Assembly (NCBI GenBank): GCA_010015585.1 | Contig: ML975179.1 | Source of the DNA: Eremomyces bilateralis CBS 781.70 | Lineage: Eukaryota | DNA length: 64,000 nucleotides | Direction: 5' to 3' (one strand) | In this document: one piece after another, positions 23,346-37,057 of the stretch | Position numbering within the stretch: the stretch's first letter is position 1 | How the letters are laid out: every line of letters starts with the position of its first letter | The notes under the pieces: generated by a model | What the model was told of the DNA's origin: nothing | Database searches by the model: none | The model's input: only the letters and a program-made list of their open reading frames with translations | Position numbers and translations under genes: made by a program

Positions 23346-25243
23346 TATGGCTCAGATTACTAAAACTGATTCATGCAACGAGAGAGGGCCGGGTTCGCGT
23401 CTGTTGAGGTCAATCAGGACGTGAGATTATGATCTTCGTCTTGTTTCCTCTCTTTCGACACGCTGACGAGTCGTTCCTCCGTCAGGCAACGGTCGTCGAC
23501 AGGCTGGTCGAGATTTCTCGGGAGATAAACCAGGCCTTCGCCCTGTAAAAACCCTGTTTATTGAAAAGCTTAAAAATGGTGATAAGTAAATACTGGAGAG
23601 TATGGTGTCCTTGCGGGTGGTTTCATAATTCATATCGTATCGATGCTAGCTCATCAAAAACCATCACGTGACTAGACTGTGCCACAGTACGGTATGCGAT
23701 GTGGCTGATGACCATCTGCTCTGGCACCTTTGCTGATTTGCATTCCTTATCTTAACAGCCGAACTCAATTGTGGTTTCATTTCGGGTTTTATGACTTTTA
23801 TCACTTTATGGGATCGACAGGCTAAGACTATCAACCTCCCCTTTTCTTCCAAATGCAAGGCGCATCGCAGCTGATCTATTCCGACACGGAGGGGAGCTCG
23901 CTAACACCTAAGTAGATCTCTCATGAGTCTCTAGGAAGCTCTATCCAGGGGTCGACCTTACCTTTGCTAGACACAATACGGAGTAAAGAGAGCTACTATA
24001 TTATATTCCGCCGACTTCGGGAGGCTTCTATATGTTCTATGTTTGGAGACTAGGTGTGTGTGTCAAATGTCTCCTCATTCCTACCAACAATATCTTCATG
24101 CCAGATATATAACGTGATACGGGTACTACAATTGTCCGGGCGGGGGATTGACCGCCTACGGCGAGCAAAAGGTGTCACAGCCACGATGAAGTCAGACATG
24201 CCTGTATCCATCATGATCGCCCTGATGATCATTCCGCCTATAGATAGCTAACACCTGATGGGATGCGACGAGAGGCAACGGCGCGGAAGCTTGCGCAACC
24301 TCTCCATGTCCAACCGTTCGGTGCTGATTGGCTGTAGCCCATCTTAACTGCGACGCGTGGAACATCGTCAGTGCACTTAACTCTTGAAAGCCGTTGAACA
24401 CACGCGACTCCTTTTTCTCCGCCTCAAGCCAGTCAAGCTGACAGTGCACATCTTACGTGCTGTTGGTCGGGGGGTGTTGGATCCGCTTCCACTCGTTTCG
24501 ATTTTCGTGCTGCAAGGCCAAACGACTGCGATCACGAGGCATGCAGGAACCTAACACCGTCAGGCGGAAGTCGAGAACACCGGGAATGTGAAACCCATTG
24601 TCGTCTCGAGGCTCTTCTTTTAATTTACCGCCTCCCTTACGGCTAACCGGTCCTCCGCTGCTCATTTCCTTGTGTTTCTAGATTCTTCATCCCTATGCGA
24701 ACGACCCGGTAATTCCGTTACAATCCCAGTTCACCGCAAACAACGTTCACGCGTACAAGGATTCCGTGTCGTGACCCAAATCCATCCCAAATACCCAATC
24801 CATCGCCTCCTCCTGTTTGACGGTTTGACGACACGCAAGGAACCAAGCAATTCTCATATCTACCAAACGACGCTGGGGGTGTGGACTGTTCACCTCAGCC
24901 TTTCCTTATTCCCCGTCTGACTCCCAGGCACAACGTCTCCGCCGAGGCGACCTTGTACTTCTCTCTAATACATCCATCCTGCAAATAAGAAAGGGAATCC
25001 CTACGTCAGCGGTCAGACCCACCAAAATTGATATTGCGGACATCGATTCGCCCTACTTGCGCCGTCGCATTGATTCCCAGAACACAATCCGATTTCCCGA
25101 CAACTGCTTTGCACAGAATTCATTCTTTCGCATTGTTGGCGCAACGTGTTGAAGCATGCTTCCTCGCTTCCCTTCATGATATACCTTCATTTCGGCCCTA
25201 ATCCTTTTCTCTTTCCTCAACTCGGATACTTTCGCTTCAAATA

Positions 25244-28200
25244 ATGGCATACAATCAGCACAGCGGTTCCCAACAAGGACCGCAATATTACGGAAACCAG
25301 CGCCCTCCTCGAGGGCCACCACCAGCTCCCCAACGATACGACCAAGGCTACGACCAAGGCTACGACTATGGATATGATCAGGGCTATAATGGATATGATG
25401 GAAACGATGGGTACGGCTATGGCGATGGGTACGAGGACTACAACGGGGGCGGACACTCGGCCAGTGGATACAGTCAGGGACAATATGGAGGCCAACAAGG
25501 ACGACCGCTGCCCGAGCAGCAACGCCCTCCCATGAACGGTGGTGGTAGGGGCAGACCCCCGCCGACCCAGCAGTATCCTCAAGGCCAGTATCGCAACGAT
25601 GCTCCGAGAGGTGCCCCTCCGGTCCAGAACTTCAGCAAAGGACATGGTCCAAACCCGGGGAGACAACCACCACCACAGAACCCACCACCAAGTCAAGCGC
25701 GGGCTCCTTCTCGTCAAGGTGAGTAGCTTGCTTTAGAAACAAGGAGGCGACGTCTAACAGCGCAACTAGCTCGGGAACCTCTCGTCAGGCCTGTTTCGCC
25801 GGAAACGTTATCGATGGATAACCCGTTCCCAATTTTTCCGTCCAAGAAGAATCCACCGAAGCCGACGAAGCCGACGAAGCCAGCGCCGAGCGATCCTCCC
25901 ACGCAGGGGATGGCCGCAATGAACATCAACGATGGCAGACCAAACAGGGAGCAATCTCGACGTGATGCGCCGCAATCACGGGGCGGCATAAACTCTGCAG
26001 GGCCACAGGGCCATCGCAACTTCTCAAAACCCGCTCAGCAGTTTGTTCCACCGGAGAGATCAGCTACCGCTGGACCTGGTATGGATGACTTTGGTCGATC
26101 TGTACAGCACATGCCTCCTCGCCCCTCGACGGCAACAGGCAGCCGTCCACCACCGCAGGCTCGAATTAATCCACAATATCCCCCGAGTGCAGGTGGACCA
26201 GGATTTTCGCAGCAGAATATCCAACCATCGTATAATAAGCATGAGAGCATGGGCGACATATACAGCGATTATTACAACGACTCTGGTCCAGTATCTGCTG
26301 CCCCAGAACCTCAGCAAAATGGTGCATATAAAGCATACCAACCTACTCGCGAAGAGGAAATCGAAGCAAATATGCCGAACTTTGACGCGCAACCGGTCGA
26401 GGAGAGCAATATTGTTCCACTCAATTTCGACCCTCAAATGGACGCAGCACGGAAGGGTTCTCCTGCGCCAGCGCGTCAGGATTCGCACAGGCAGGGAGGT
26501 TACCCACCAGTCAACGGCCAACCCGATCAGTACGGTGGCGGCTCGAACCAAATGTATCACCAAGCGCAAAAGGTTCGCTCCCAACCAAATCTCCGTGGTG
26601 GAGGGCCTGCAGGGTATTCCTATGACGATTACGGTCCTGTGCCAGACCTTCCACCCAATGGAGCGACTGGATATCCCCAACAACCAATGTCTGGAGCTGT
26701 AGGGTATGGGAACACTCATCCAATCAACACCTCAATCCCAAGGGGCCCCAATGGACCACGGAGTGCAACAGATCCTTATGGACAAGGAAGCCCGATGGGA
26801 CAGCCGTTATCTCCCAACAACCGCTCCGCTGCCCCGCCATTCACACGCAATCAGACTGCCCAGTCTCAATGGTCTGATCCGGGGCCTGGTGGTGTTCGCA
26901 ATGCTCTCCCTGGGGCCACTAATCCTGACGCCCTCCCAGCCCATCCAGGTCCTCCAAGGCCCGCTCACCCTGATGCTCTCCCAGCACACCCTGTCCCGGT
27001 TAGGCCAGGCTTAATGGAATCGAAACCGCCTCCAGTGCGACAATATCCCGGCGGAGCTGCCGTACCGGTTCCGGGACCAAGTTCTAACAACCGGGCGAGC
27101 GCCGAAGTCACATCTCGCCGGGATTCTGACCCTATCACTGCCGAGGAACTCGAGAGGCTCCGGCTCCATGTGCGCGCCAACCCAGGCGACAATGCGACGG
27201 CTCTTCAGCTTGCGAAGTCGCTTGTCGCCGCAGCCGACCATCTCGGGCGGGACAACCCTAGAATGGACCCCAAACAACTTCAAAGGATGCGTGAACGTTA
27301 CAATTTCGATGCGCACAAGGTCGTCAAGAAGCTCGTCAGCCACAACTACCCTCCCGCTCAATTCTACCTAGGTGATTGCTACGGCACCGGCGCGCTTGGC
27401 CTCCCCGTGGACCCGCGGGAAGCGTTCCCACTTTACCAGTCTGCTGCGAAACTCGGTCACGCACCGTCTGCATACCGTACTGCAGTATGCTGTGAGCTCG
27501 GTTCGGACGACGGAGGTGGAACGCGCAAAGACCCTCTCAAAGCCGTGCAGTGGTACAAGCGGGCCGCGGCTCTCGGCGACGCGGCGGCGATGTACAAGAT
27601 GGGGATGATCCTCCTCCGCGGACTCCTCGGCCAACAGCCGAATGACATGGAAGCGCTGAACTGGCTCAAACGCGCGGCCGAAAAAGCAGATCAAGACAAT
27701 CCGCACGCCTTGCATGAACTGGGCCTCCTGTATGAGAAACAACGGCCGAACAGTCGGATTATCCCCGATCCGAAGTATGCAGCGCAGTTGTTTGAGGAAG
27801 CTGCGCGGTTGAACTATAAGCAAAGTCAACAGCGGCTCGGGCTCATGTACGAGTACGGACTGTTGGGGAAGCCGGTGGACCCGAGGAATAGCATTATCTG
27901 GTACTCACGCGCGGCCGCACAAGGAGAACACGAAAGCGAGCTGGCGTTGTCCGGTTGGTACCTCACGGGATTAGCCGGCATTCTGGAGCAGAGCGATACC
28001 GAGGCGTACTTATGGGCGCGCAAGGCGGCCCTCGCGAACCCTCCGGTGGTGAAAGCGCTGTTTGCGCTCGGGTACTATTCCGAAGTGGGGATCGGCTGTC
28101 CGAGGAGTTTGGAGGAGGCGAAGCGGTGGTATGGACGGGCAGCTGGTATGTCACACCATTTCTCAACTTCCAGCCACGGACATTGGCGCTAACGTTGTAC

Positions 28201-28330
28201 AGCATTCAAGTTCCCCAAGGCAGCCGAGCGGCTTGATGAACTGAAGAAAAATGGCGCGAAGAGCCAGCGCGGACGGGAGAGGCTCAGTCGAAACAACCAA
28301 AAACACCGCGATGACTGCGTGGTCATGTGA
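25244..28330 (+). CDS. CHS4: Chitin synthase activator (Sel1-repeat protein, Chs4/Skt5 family), 3 exons
   Basis: Long P/G/Q/Y-rich N-terminus, Sel1 repeats (AQFYLGDCYG, AYRTAVCCELG, LALSGWYLTG) and a C-terminal CaaX box CVVM*. Confidence 0.9.
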
Positions 28331-29840
28331 GCTGTCTACTGCTTGGATTACACCCGCGGAACCACTAGATGTGCCCTTGGAGTCCTGGGGGTCGGCATTG
28401 GAGGTCTAGTTCTTTACAATGCTTTCACAACTGACGACAGGGTTGCATGATGACCATGGCCATCACCTTATGCCTAGTGATAATGTACATATACCTAAAA
28501 TTGGCGACAGACCAGGATATACGGTATACTGGGGCTGTGACGCCTTTCGGACTTTGATACCCTATGAAAAGAGAGCAATGCAGATTGAGTTGTTGATTTA
28601 GTCCTTTGTGGTATGCTGTGATGCATCGAATTGTTTGCTCGATCAAGGGCCGAGCGGCCTTTGGTATGACTATTCGTTTGCAGAGACGAACTCGGTACTA
28701 CATTCTGAGTCCTCAATCAGACCATATTTCAATCTAATCATCCCATCCATGAGAGTCAGTATCGCAATACCAGTCCATTGGAGATGCACGTTCTAACAGA
28801 AGTGTACGATGACCGTAGATAAAATGGAGGGCACCTTTCTTTGCTCGTAAGTGTCCCTACTACGCTGCTTGCTTAGGACACCTCCAAGACACTAGCCCAC
28901 TGTGCGAAATTATAAACCCTCCGCTTCCTTCAAAAGAACTCATTCCGTACATCGTCCACTACACTCTCAGCTGACCCCTTTAGTTCGATGAGGTTGGCTT
29001 GTGCCAAATCCGTCAAGATTCGAGTGGCTTTTATTAGTTGGAAGCCCTCTCCCACCAATTGGCCGAGGGTAGATCGGACTAGCTGCGCAAGCGACTCCAA
29101 ATCCGGGCAGCAGATACTTGCAAGTTTCCTATTGTAAACCAGCTTAGAAGGAGAGCTCATAGTCGAACTTCTGAGATAATGCGTCGGGGTGTGCGCTAGG
29201 GGGTTGGATTAGTGGCACTGGAGAAGACCCTAAACAAAAAGTCCTAGGGCGAGTGGTGGAACCTAGGCTTATGTGATGTCTTGACATGTTGGGGCGCGGT
29301 GTATGTTGCCTATCAGCAGGATTATGAGGCCCTCGATGCGTAGAAATATACTTCCTGGCTTCAGGGGGGGAAAAAATTATGAATCATAATTGTATTCCAG
29401 GTAATATTGGTTTGCAAACTAGGAAGACGGCTAGTTATAGATATAATAAACAATATAGTCACAGTCCGATCTTCCGGCACAATTAGGATGGCAAATATAC
29501 TTCACTAATGGGATGTCACAACGAGAAATATTCCGTGAGGAGTGATACGTCATAGTCAGCTTCAGTGTTATCATTTCCATTCGCCTTCAATTTTGAGAGT
29601 ACTGCTTTCAATATGGTTTGAATCTCGAATTTTGGGAGAAATACAGCTTCTTGAGTTGCTTTGGCACCATTGTATGCCAATCCATCCGTTTCGACCTCTT
29701 GGATTGCTTCCTATGCCTCTAAGTGCTTTTAGTCAGTATATTCCCGCGAGCCTAAATCCGTTCTAACGTCTATGATAGTGACTTGGGCTCTTTACCCTCT
29801 TTAAAGGAGGTCGAAGTAGCACCTACGGTAGTCGTCACTA

Positions 29841-29889
29841 TTTATATCCGCCTCGGTCGTATCTTTATATCCGCCTCGGTCGTATCTTT
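29841..29889. repeat. 23-bp tandem duplication
   Basis: TTTATATCCGCCTCGGTCGTATC twice. Confidence 0.9.
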
Positions 29890-31568
29890 CATCTCGTTGG
29901 TAGTATCGGTCTAGATCTGTGACTGTATCCTATAGAAGGTACTATATAAGAAGTCAGGAATCGAGATCGTAAGTCTACAGGTTCGCGTTTAAGTGACCTG
30001 CCCCGTCATCGTTTATGTTTGTGACCGGCCTCGCAGGAGTTTGGGGTCTGAGTAGAAAGCCGCGGACGATGAGCTTGAGCCCATAAAGACGCAACAATGA
30101 CGGATGATTGTGCTGCTCTCATCGTACGTGGTTTTGCAGGTTTCCTCGACCAAAGATCGCTGCCCGAAAGGACGCTCTAAGATGCCATCTTTGATTATCA
30201 GCTAGGTCGGAGTTACTTGGCCAAGACGTGCTCCTCAATGAGTGACTTACTGTCATCTTCTGCTTCAATTATGCTCGCTCATCTTGTGGCCCCTCTTCAC
30301 TCTTATATATTCTATGTTCAGTGTCCAATTCTAGGTTGATTCGTCTTCAGATCTCTGGTCCTATAGGGTAGAGGCATCCTAAGCCGCGCCCGAAACTGAC
30401 AAATTAGTTGTACCTCCGTCCAGATGTTCCCAAGCAGTTGAGCCAGCAAAATTTAACACCATCGTTATGGTATCAAGCTCGAAGGGTGCATACTCTAATT
30501 TCCGTCTCTTAAATATATTCTGTCTCTCATGGGCTTAACAAGGACTTGGAACGCTTCTCGCCAAATCAGTAGGTGGTGTTCTAATTCTTTCTCTAATTTT
30601 CAACGAATTCTGACGGAGCAGTCACATGGAGCTCGAACTCCTCTAAGGATGGTAGTGGTGTGAGGAGGAGCCCGAATATTTTTGCCTTCTGACCCAATGT
30701 GTTCCGTAGGAGAGCATCAGATGCGTGACCATCTGGATGAGCTTGAGGGTGCTAGGACAGTGGACCGTGGTGTAAGACACGGTGAAGGCGGTGGAGCGTT
30801 TGTTTAAGACGTTGACATAAGGATGAGTATAGGTTTCAAAGCGGGTGGGAAGAAGTTGATTATGGATACTTTCTAGTACAGAGCTGGTGATACTGAGTAT
30901 GTGCAGAGCTGTAACTTCCGATACTGTTTACGTCAGGAAACTGCTGAAGGCCCAAGATGCTGATAGCAAGGCAGTGGGCTGCAATCTGGTTAGAATCTGG
31001 CGTAGAGGGAACTACCGGTACCCCAGGTGGGACGAAAGGATCGCGGGACAGTTCGTCCCGGGAATTTTTTTGAAGGGACACCTACGTACGCAATATAATA
31101 GATAGAACAACTGAAGAAGGACCAATAGAATAACAGACGTTTAATTTGGTATAAGTTACTCAAATGATGTGCATAGGACTTCTATGAAAGGAATACGTTG
31201 ACAGGTAGCACAGGCAATACTCAATTATTGATTATACTTCAGAACATGGAGAAAAGTAAAAGAGTAAAATCATTAAGAACAGCAGGTTTTATGGATGATC
31301 TAAGGAATAAATGCTAGTTATTGATATTTCATGTTTCCTATTTGATGTTGAGGTCAGACAATCCGTGAATCTGTGATGAGTTAATAGGGGCCAGACGCTG
31401 CACGTGACTAGGACTTGAACTTCATCCAAACAGCTGCATGACAATTTTTTGACAAGTTGAACTCATCAGCACCTCGTTTCCACCACCACGATCCTGCGTT
31501 GGACAATCGCGTCATCCATCCCACTCACTATGCTCTCATAAACCCATAAGCCATACCAGTCACCAACA

Positions 31569-32594
31569 ATGGCTTCTTCCCTCCACGCCCTCCCCTTTCG
31601 CATCCGCCCGTCCATCCTCAAACCCGTCTCCGCCCCGACTCGCGCCTTCACAACCTCCTCCCCCCTCTCCATTGCGCGCAAATACATCCCTCGCCCAACC
31701 CCGAGCAAATACACCCGCCGACCGCCCCCCTACCTCCGCAAACCCGACGAAACCATTCCCCCATATCCCTACCCCAACGACATCTACAAGCCCGCCAACT
31801 CCGGCCTCTACGGCGGCCAGCGCGTCCGCTTTGGGAACAACCGCGGCAAGATCTTCAAGACCAAGACCAACCGGATCTGGAAACCGAACGCGCAATGGAA
31901 ACGCATCTACTCTGTCGCCCTGGGACAGTTCATCCGCCTTCACATCACGACGAAGGTGATGCGCACCGTCGACAAAAGCGGTGGGCTGGATCGGTACCTG
32001 CTCGGCGAGACGCCGGCGCGGATCAGGGAGCTGGGGCCGTACGGTTGGTTGCTGAGGATGCGGGTCATGCGGACGGAGTGGGGGATGGACTTCCTGCGGA
32101 CGGAGCGGAAGCGGTTGGGGGTACCGGAGGATGGGCTGCCGCTGATTGGGAATAGCTTGCGGTGGGTGGAGTTGCCGCCGAAGGACCCCGACGGAAAGCC
32201 GAGGCGGAGGGCACTGCCGGTGGGAGGCCCGGAGGAGACGGAGGGAGTGGACGCTGCGCTGGGCGAATTTGAGGATTTGGCCGAGGAATTGACCGAGGCA
32301 GAGCTCGCCCTTATCGAGGATGAGGTGTCTGAAGAGTTATATGCGGGGGAAGAATCCACTCGAGAATCTTCGCCGACTACTGGACGCAAAAGAGAGCAGT
32401 TTTTGTGCTATAACTGCGGAGGAGAGGGACATATGTCACGAAACTGTCCTGTGAAGGCTGGCGAAGAAGCGACGGAAAACGAGCTCCCATCGCAGGAGCT
32501 AGGTGATAGGGTTCACGGAGAGAAACAGTCAAGTCGGCCGATAGTGACGACACCAGAGACGGGCGGAGCGAGGCCGAGCCGAGTTGAACTGTGA
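31569..32594 (+). CDS. MRPL24: Mitochondrial ribosomal protein bL28m with acidic tail and C-terminal CCHC zinc knuckle
   Basis: Presequence-like N-terminus and L28 motifs IPPYPY, GLYGG, FGNN, KTNRIWKPN, MRTVDKSGGLDRYLLGETPARIRELGPYGWLLR. Confidence 0.9.
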   Translation: MASSLHALPFRIRPSILKPVSAPTRAFTTSSPLSIARKYIPRPTPSKYTRRPPPYLRKPDETIPPYPYPNDIYKPANSGLYGGQRVRFGNNRGKIFKTKTNRIWKPNAQWKRIYSVALGQFIRLHITTKVMRTVDKSGGLDRYLLGETPARIRELGPYGWLLRMRVMRTEWGMDFLRTERKRLGVPEDGLPLIGNSLRWVELPPKDPDGKPRRRALPVGGPEETEGVDAALGEFEDLAEELTEAELALIEDEVSEELYAGEESTRESSPTTGRKREQFLCYNCGGEGHMSRNCPVKAGEEATENELPSQELGDRVHGEKQSSRPIVTTPETGGARPSRVEL

Positions 32595-32724
32595 TACTAG
32601 AACATATACGCTGTACATTATCTGGACCACCTCCCGGTCCGCTGTAAAATCTATCATCATGCCATGTCCACAGGATCATACAATAATGTTACAATGAGAG
32701 ACGCCGAACCCAACCCTCGGATCC

Positions 32725-34824
32725 CTAATTCTGCGGCTGTCGCTGGGCTTTCACGCTCTTCATGCTCATCCTAGGTCGCTTCCTCATTTTCTCCGCGGCC
32801 GTCTTCGGCTTCGGTCCGCCGATGAGATATCCATTCATGCACTGTCGGCTGCCAATGTGCTTGCCGTACGGCGTGAATACCTCAACCATAGGATACTCTT
32901 CTTCGGCCCCCTCCCTCGGATACCAATTCTGACTTGTCTCGCCATTATCCTCAGTGGACGCATCTTGCTTCTCATCACCTTCGGCTGCCCCCTCCGCAGG
33001 TAGCTGCCTAAGTCGCTTTCCCTTCCGTATCTGCGCGGTGATCTCGATCCATCCGCACCCCTCGATGAGGATGTCCGCCCCCATGACCCGGAACGGCAAC
33101 CGGTCTGGTTTCAAGGCCACATCATCCTTTCTTGTCAGCGGACCGGCCTGCTGATTGGTGACGTCCCACCGCAGTGGAAACCGTCCAGCACTCTTGATAT
33201 GCGCCTTCGCGTCGTCCGTCGTGATGACTTCAAGGCCTGTCTCCTTGTTGCGGGTGCCAGTCTGGAACTCCCCCGCTTTCCAATTGCTAGTGACGTGCGG
33301 TTTGAGTTCCACTGGCACGAAGGAGGCGGCGAGGAAGATCACGTCCTCAGTCACGGGCTTGATGCGGACGAGGCCGCCGCCGAGCAGCAGAGATTGATTG
33401 GGCTTGATGGTGAGCCGCTGGGCAACAACGCGAGACGTCATGCAGAGTTTGGATTGATGCTCGGGCTGCACGTACGGCTCGAGGGAGTGGCGTTCCAAGC
33501 CGGGGAGATCGATCAGCTCGCCTTTTCCGTTCCCGAACGGGACGCGAATAGGGGATGCGGTGGTCCCCGGAAGTGAAGATATCGTTGGCATGACCGGATA
33601 AGGAACCTCTGGTTGTGGCGGAGGAAGGAGAGCTAGATCATCTTGACCTGACGCACCTCGCCCTGGATCGTCGAGTGGAGAATATGCGTCCGGTCGTTCG
33701 CCCCCCGATGCGGCCCTCACCTGCTGCCGCATTTTCTGGATATTGACATCGTCTCCTTTCCCCTTCGGGTAGACGGCCTCGAACAGATTGCTCTTTCCGA
33801 CGTTCACCTTCCCGACCATCCAGTTCCCCCCGCCCCGCTCGAAGATCAGATCCTTCACCTGGCGCGTCCACCAGCCGCGCTTGGAGCTCACGCAGTGGAT
33901 GTTTCCCAGCCGCAGATCCTGGCCCCTATGGCCCAGCGCATCGCGCAAGACCGATTGCAGGTAATACATCATATGATCCACCTGCTCCTTCTTCGGCGCG
34001 AGCAGGTCGCTTCGCGTGATGATGAAGCTGAGCTGGGTCACTCGACCTTGGTGCCAGTTGATGTGCTTCGACCGACGATTTTGCGTCCGCGGTCGCGCGA
34101 GGTTGAGGGTGCGGTAGATGTTGGGAATGACGGACATGGGGAAGTCCGCAGCGTCGATGACGTGGTAGATGTGGTTGTATTTGTAGGGGGATTCGTCCAT
34201 AGTCGCTTCGAGGGAGTTGAGGGTCGGGTGGACGACGGAGACGCCGGTGGAATGGTGGAGGATGTTGTGGCATCGGTCGCATATTGGTGCCGATGGAGAT
34301 GTTGAGAGGGTTGCGCCGGCTTTATAGCATTAGTTCGATATCTTTATATAAGGTGGATGGTCAGTCCTACCTTTGGAGAGGTCCCGGATCCCCAACTCCT
34401 GGAGGGTATCCAACTTTGCCTCCTGTAACGCATTTGCGAAAATGGCATCTTCTGTGGTCTGTGACGGTTGCGCTTGATGTCTCAAGTACGCTTTTACAGC
34501 TCCTCGTGTAGTGCTGAAATATCCAGCGTCATCGGGGTCTACAGTTTGCGTTGGCGCACCGCAACCCGGACAGCTGTATGGTAATTGTCCTTTGATTACC
34601 TGCTCCAAGGCATTGTCTTCACTGTCCTGCTGTTCATCTCGAGCCACCTCCGCTTCCACATAGGAGACATTGGGATAAGTAGAGAACGATCCCCCTATGT
34701 GGCGCGACGACTTTGCCAACCTCCATATAGGACGCACATTGACAGGTCGCGACAGGAGACGGGGAGTTACAACAGCAGCGGAAGTCTGTGACAGCGACAA
34801 CGCCCTCCGTAAGCAAACTCGCAT
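32725..34824 (-). CDS. GEP3: Mitochondrial circularly permuted GTPase (YqeH/Gep3 family), intron ~34320-34370
   Basis: CPGCGA...CDRCH zinc motif, IDAADFPMS, ITRSDLL, MVGKVNVGKSNL, LPGTTASP, LIDLPG. Confidence 0.9.
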
Positions 34825-35426
34825 ATCTGATGGATGGCGTGGACCTGGAGCATCTCCCAAGGCAGATGTTGACTCAAGAATCCCCAACTTCAATTTCGTT
34901 TATTCGGAATGCGCCGAAATCTGGAGGACCCTTGGATCGGGGCTGGGCCATCCCACGATTAACGATTCCCTCCACGCCTGGCCACGGCTCGGATTGCCCG
35001 ATTGGAATGAATTCTCTGCCAATCCCCCCTTAAATGCCGATGGCTTTACTTGGAGCGGATTAGCGCAGACCCCAGACCATCCATCCATCCACTTCCACGG
35101 TTGCTGGGACGAAAAAGACCAGGGATCGCGACAATGGACATCTGGTCATATTAATATTGGTTATTCTGGTGTGATTCATCTGCGTGATTTATGAAAGCTT
35201 CCCGCGGATTCCCTCCTAACAAATTTCCCCCATTCACCACCATCACCACGTGTTCTAATAATATTACTTCCAATCCCATCATCATCCGTTCATCACCTCA
35301 TCCTTTTGTGTTGACACTTTATAGACTTTAGACATTGAACTCCTTACCTTCAACTATTAATTGTTACAGACTTGCGATCTTTTGCTGCCCGTCCCTTAGC
35401 TACCCCTTCATTCCCTCCAAACCACT

Positions 35427-37057
35427 ATGCTTTCCGCACGAGCTGCCGCCAGGCAAGTGGCCACTCGACAGTTCCGACCCGTCTACGCTGTCCGCGCTGC
35501 TTCAGCATGGTCGAAAGTCCCACAAGGTCCACCAGTATGTCTTCGCGATGCTGTGTCATGAGGAGAGCCCAATTGAGCTAACATTGATTAGGATGTGCGT
35601 AGAATCGAATTGGAACGGAACCTGAAGCGCGTTGTAACTGACACTTGATTTGTTGGTGCGACTCAGGCCATTCTAGGTACGAACACTCCACAAGACGATT
35701 TCCGAAAAGAGCATTAGTACTGACACTTGCACAGGTATCTCCGAAGCCTTCAAGGCAGACTCCCACCCGGAGAAGATCCTCCTCGGTACGTTCTGATCCA
35801 TTGCTATATCGATGGAGTATCGTGGCCCCTAACCCAACTTCAGGTGCCGGCGCCTACCGCGATGACCAAGGCAAACCCTACGTCCTCCCCTCCGTTAAAG
35901 CCGCCGAACTCCAATTCGTCAACAGCGGCCTCGACAAGGAGTATGCCGCCATCACCGGCGTCGCCGACTTCGTCAAAGCGGCCACGAAGCTCGCCTACGG
36001 CGCCGACTCTGCACCCCTGAAGTCCGGGAGCATCTCCGCCACGCAGTCCATCTCCGGAACAGGCGCGCTGCGGATCGGCGGGGCCTTCCTCGAGCGATTC
36101 TATCCCGGCACGAAGAAGATCTACATCCCGACGCCGTCGTGGGCGAACCACGGGGCCATTTTCGAAGACAGTGGCCTGGAGGTGGGGAAGTATCGGTACT
36201 ATAACAAGGACACCATCGGGCTGGACTTCCAGGGCATGGTCGAGGATATCAAGACGATCCCCAAGGGAAGCATTGTGTTGTTGCATGCGTGTGCGCATAA
36301 CCCAACCGGCATCGACCCGACGAAGGAACAGTGGAAGGAAATTAGCAAGGCGGTGAAGGAGGGAGAGCACCAGGTGTTCTTCGACATGGCCTACCAAGGG
36401 TTCGCGTCCGGCGACACCGACGCAGACGCGTTCGCTCTTCGCCAATTCATTAAGGACGGGCACAAGCCGATTTTGGCGCAGTCATTTGCCAAGAACATGG
36501 TAAGACATTGCCCTAACGGCGAACCGAAAAATCGAGTCCGCTAACGTACCTCCAGGGTCTCTACGGCGAACGCGCCGGCGCCTTTTCCGTCGTCTGCGAG
36601 TCCGCCGAAGAAAAGGCCAACGTCGACTCGCAGATCAAGATCCTCGTGCGGCCGATGTACTCCAACCCGCCGATCCACGGGGCGCGCATCGCGGCCGAGG
36701 TGCTTACGAACCCGGCGCTCAACAAGCAGTGGCTGGGCGAGGTGAAGGGCATGGCGGACCGGATCATCAAGATGCGGGCGTTGCTGCAGGACAATCTGGA
36801 GAAGTTGGGGAGCAAGCGCGATTGGAGCCATATCACGAGCCAGATCGGCATGTTTGCGTATACGGGGTTGACGCCTGAGCAGGTGGCGACGTTGGCGAAG
36901 GAGGTGAGTAGTTCAGACGCTGGGGACGGTTGATATATATGCTAATCGCTTGCAGCATTCCGTTTACTGCACCAAGGACGGGAGAATATCGGTTGCGGGT
37001 ATCACCAGCGGCAACGTGAAGCGGCTCGCTGAGAGCATCTACAAGGTCACCGGATAG
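35427..37057 (+). CDS. AAT1: Mitochondrial aspartate aminotransferase, 7 exons including 3-nt and 10-nt microexons
   Basis: Presequence, [68 protein letters not shown]. Confidence 0.93.

Noticed and set aside
26035..28236. Long alternative-frame and antisense ORFs over CHS4 (likewise AAT1, ARG8, UVE1, GEP3)
   Set aside because: Shadow ORFs caused by GC-rich codon bias; no recognisable motifs.
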